DNA of 35,976 nucleotides from Perkinsus olseni (Eukaryota): NCBI GenBank assembly GCA_013115125.1, contig JABANN010000353.1, positions 1 to 35,976 of the forward strand, read 5' to 3'. Shown piece by piece: positions 34,287 to 35,976 of this stretch (position 1 is its first letter; each line of letters starts with the position of its first letter). The notes under the pieces were generated by a model. It saw only the letters and a program-made list of their open reading frames with translations, ran no database searches and was not told where the DNA came from. The position numbers and the translations under genes were made by a program.

Positions 34287-35885
34287 TTACTCATCATAAT
34301 GCTTCTCGAACTCCACAGCAGCTTCCTTGTCGAGCTTGATGGCTAGTGCACCGACCTTGTCGAGGTCCTTTATAGGGGCCTTGAAAATAAGGTCTGCTAG
34401 CCACGTAGGTTGGCCCTCCTCAGGGCCCACTATGTGGTCCCCTTCCGAGATCAGAGGGTGATTGCTGACGACCTCCACACCATCCATGTGGTCCCACTGC
34501 TTAGTAAAGGACAAGTCTGAGATTCTCCCAGATCTCAAGGCATTGATAGTCGAGCAGGCAATAGCATAGCGCTGATCTTCAGGTAGCATCACCGGTGCAC
34601 TGGGGATGCCCACAGACAGAAGAAGCTCCTCGTCGACCAAGTCGACACCATTCGCAATCTTGTTCATCATATGGACCGGTCCTCCGCCCAGTCGGGCGTT
34701 CACCTCGATCAACCTCGGGCCCTTGCTAGTGTACTTGCCTTCAACGTGGAAAACACCGCTGCTGAAGCCCATAGCAAGTACCGAATCCACAGCCATCTTC
34801 CGGAGACCCTCGACCTGGTCCTTAGGCAGCATGCTCGGCATCACGTCCCAAGTCTCCATAAAGAAAGGCTCAACTGTCGGACCATTATCATGGACGGCCG
34901 CGTAAACACACTTGCCCTCACACATGACAGTGTCAATATCAACCTCGGACCCATCGAGGTACTCCTCCAGCGTGAAGTCGCCAAAATGGACCTTCGGGCC
35001 AGCAGACGCGTCACCGACACCTTCGCTGAACTCACCATCAACCACAACCATGTTCGAGATCATAGCACAAGTCTCATTATAAGTCTTGCAAAGATCATCA
35101 AAATCGGTCACTCTCTTGACGCCTTGTGAAGCGGAACCACACAGCGGCTTCAACACAGCCGGGAAGCCGACCGTATCAGCAGCACTCTGCAGGTCGTCCT
35201 CGGACTCGATCAAGTAGTTCTGCACACTCGGCAGACCGGCTTCCTTCAGAGCACGACGAGCCGCGTACTTGTCTCTAGCAGTCATAATGGACTTCTCAGT
35301 AGCACAACGAAGGCCTAGCTCTTTCCCTATGCGGGACATAGGCTGCAGACAGAGCTCGAAGAAGGTGCAGATTCCATCGATCTGGCAGCCGAGGTCTCTC
35401 AAGGCCGACACGGTATCCGCCACCACCTGATCTAGATCCGGCGACATGATGTCCATCGGGATGAACTTGGCGGCCTTCCCCTCTTCAACTAGGGACTTGC
35501 ACCAGGCATCAGGCTCGTCAACTAGGACCACGTTGACACCAAGATCAGAAGCTCGCTCGTAGATGAAGCGCTTGCCGGGATAACCCGTACCAAAGAACAC
35601 AATAGTAGAGCCTCGCAGCAACCTCAGTCTCAAGTCCTGCGACTCGGTAGTTTTGGCCGACAACAACTCCTTGGGGACCTTGGGTAGCGTAGAGAAGTTT
35701 GCTTCCGGAAAAATAGACGAGCAGGTCGACTGGACGCTAGCGTCGTCGTCTTCTTCTGTAGTAGAGGCCATAGACGGCGCGGGACCGTCTAGTTTAGAGT
35801 TGTAAAAAGGTAGGTCAGCAGATACTGCGGCTGTTGCCATTGTTGAAAAAAGAAGAAACTGCTCCCATGAGAAGTCAGGCAGCAT
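34287..35885 (-). CDS. Intronless ATP-grasp ligase, carnosine synthase 1-like / L-amino acid ligase-like (532 aa; true start may be the second Met)
   Basis: ARDKYAARRALKEAGLP, VGFPAVLKPLCGSASQGVKRV, LEEYLDGSEVDID, GVFHVEGKYTSKGPRLIEVNARLGGG: canonical ATP-grasp motifs. Confidence 0.9.
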   Translation of the reverse strand: MLPDFSWEQFLLFSTMATAAVSADLPFYNSKLDGPAPSMASTTEEDDDASVQSTCSSIFPEANFSTLPKVPKELLSAKTTESQDLRLRLLRGSTIVFFGTGYPGKRFIYERASDLGVNVVLVDEPDAWCKSLVEEGKAAKFIPMDIMSPDLDQVVADTVSALRDLGCQIDGICTFFELCLQPMSRIGKELGLRCATEKSIMTARDKYAARRALKEAGLPSVQNYLIESEDDLQSAADTVGFPAVLKPLCGSASQGVKRVTDFDDLCKTYNETCAMISNMVVVDGEFSEGVGDASAGPKVHFGDFTLEEYLDGSEVDIDTVMCEGKCVYAAVHDNGPTVEPFFMETWDVMPSMLPKDQVEGLRKMAVDSVLAMGFSSGVFHVEGKYTSKGPRLIEVNARLGGGPVHMMNKIANGVDLVDEELLLSVGIPSAPVMLPEDQRYAIACSTINALRSGRISDLSFTKQWDHMDGVEVVSNHPLISEGDHIVGPEEGQPTWLADLIFKAPIKDLDKVGALAIKLDKEAAVEFEKHYDE

Positions 35886-35976
35886 AGCGAAGAAAGGACC
35901 GTTGTGTTAGATACTCGCTCGCACCCATCAGTATTCCTGCAATATGTGTGAAGTGTGATTGTGTGAAACGGCTGTC

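Overview
Eukaryotic, intron-rich genomic DNA (~50% GC, short GT-AG and at least two probable GC-AG introns). Gene families and intron style most resemble the alveolate parasite Perkinsus; this is an inference, not a database result. Most ORFs in the track are exon fragments or antisense shadows, so genes were rebuilt by manual splicing. In order: a probably 5'-incomplete gene and its inverted paralog, flanking a + strand FAM227/FWWh gene; then an unbroken minus-strand run of two secreted Cys-rich proteins, an OFA-type MFS transporter, a histone-mRNA stem-loop binding protein (SLBP) homologue with a 14-Trp tail exon, an ENPP-type phosphodiesterase whose 1.95 kb intron holds a deleted DIRS-like retroelement, a Spinster-like MFS transporter, an insulysin-family M16A protease (acidic insert; hAT-type MITE and tRNA-like fragment in introns), a weak hypothetical gene, an intronless F-box-like protein and an intronless carnosine-synthase-like ATP-grasp ligase. 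The most notable find is the SLBP gene, which the ORF track does not show.
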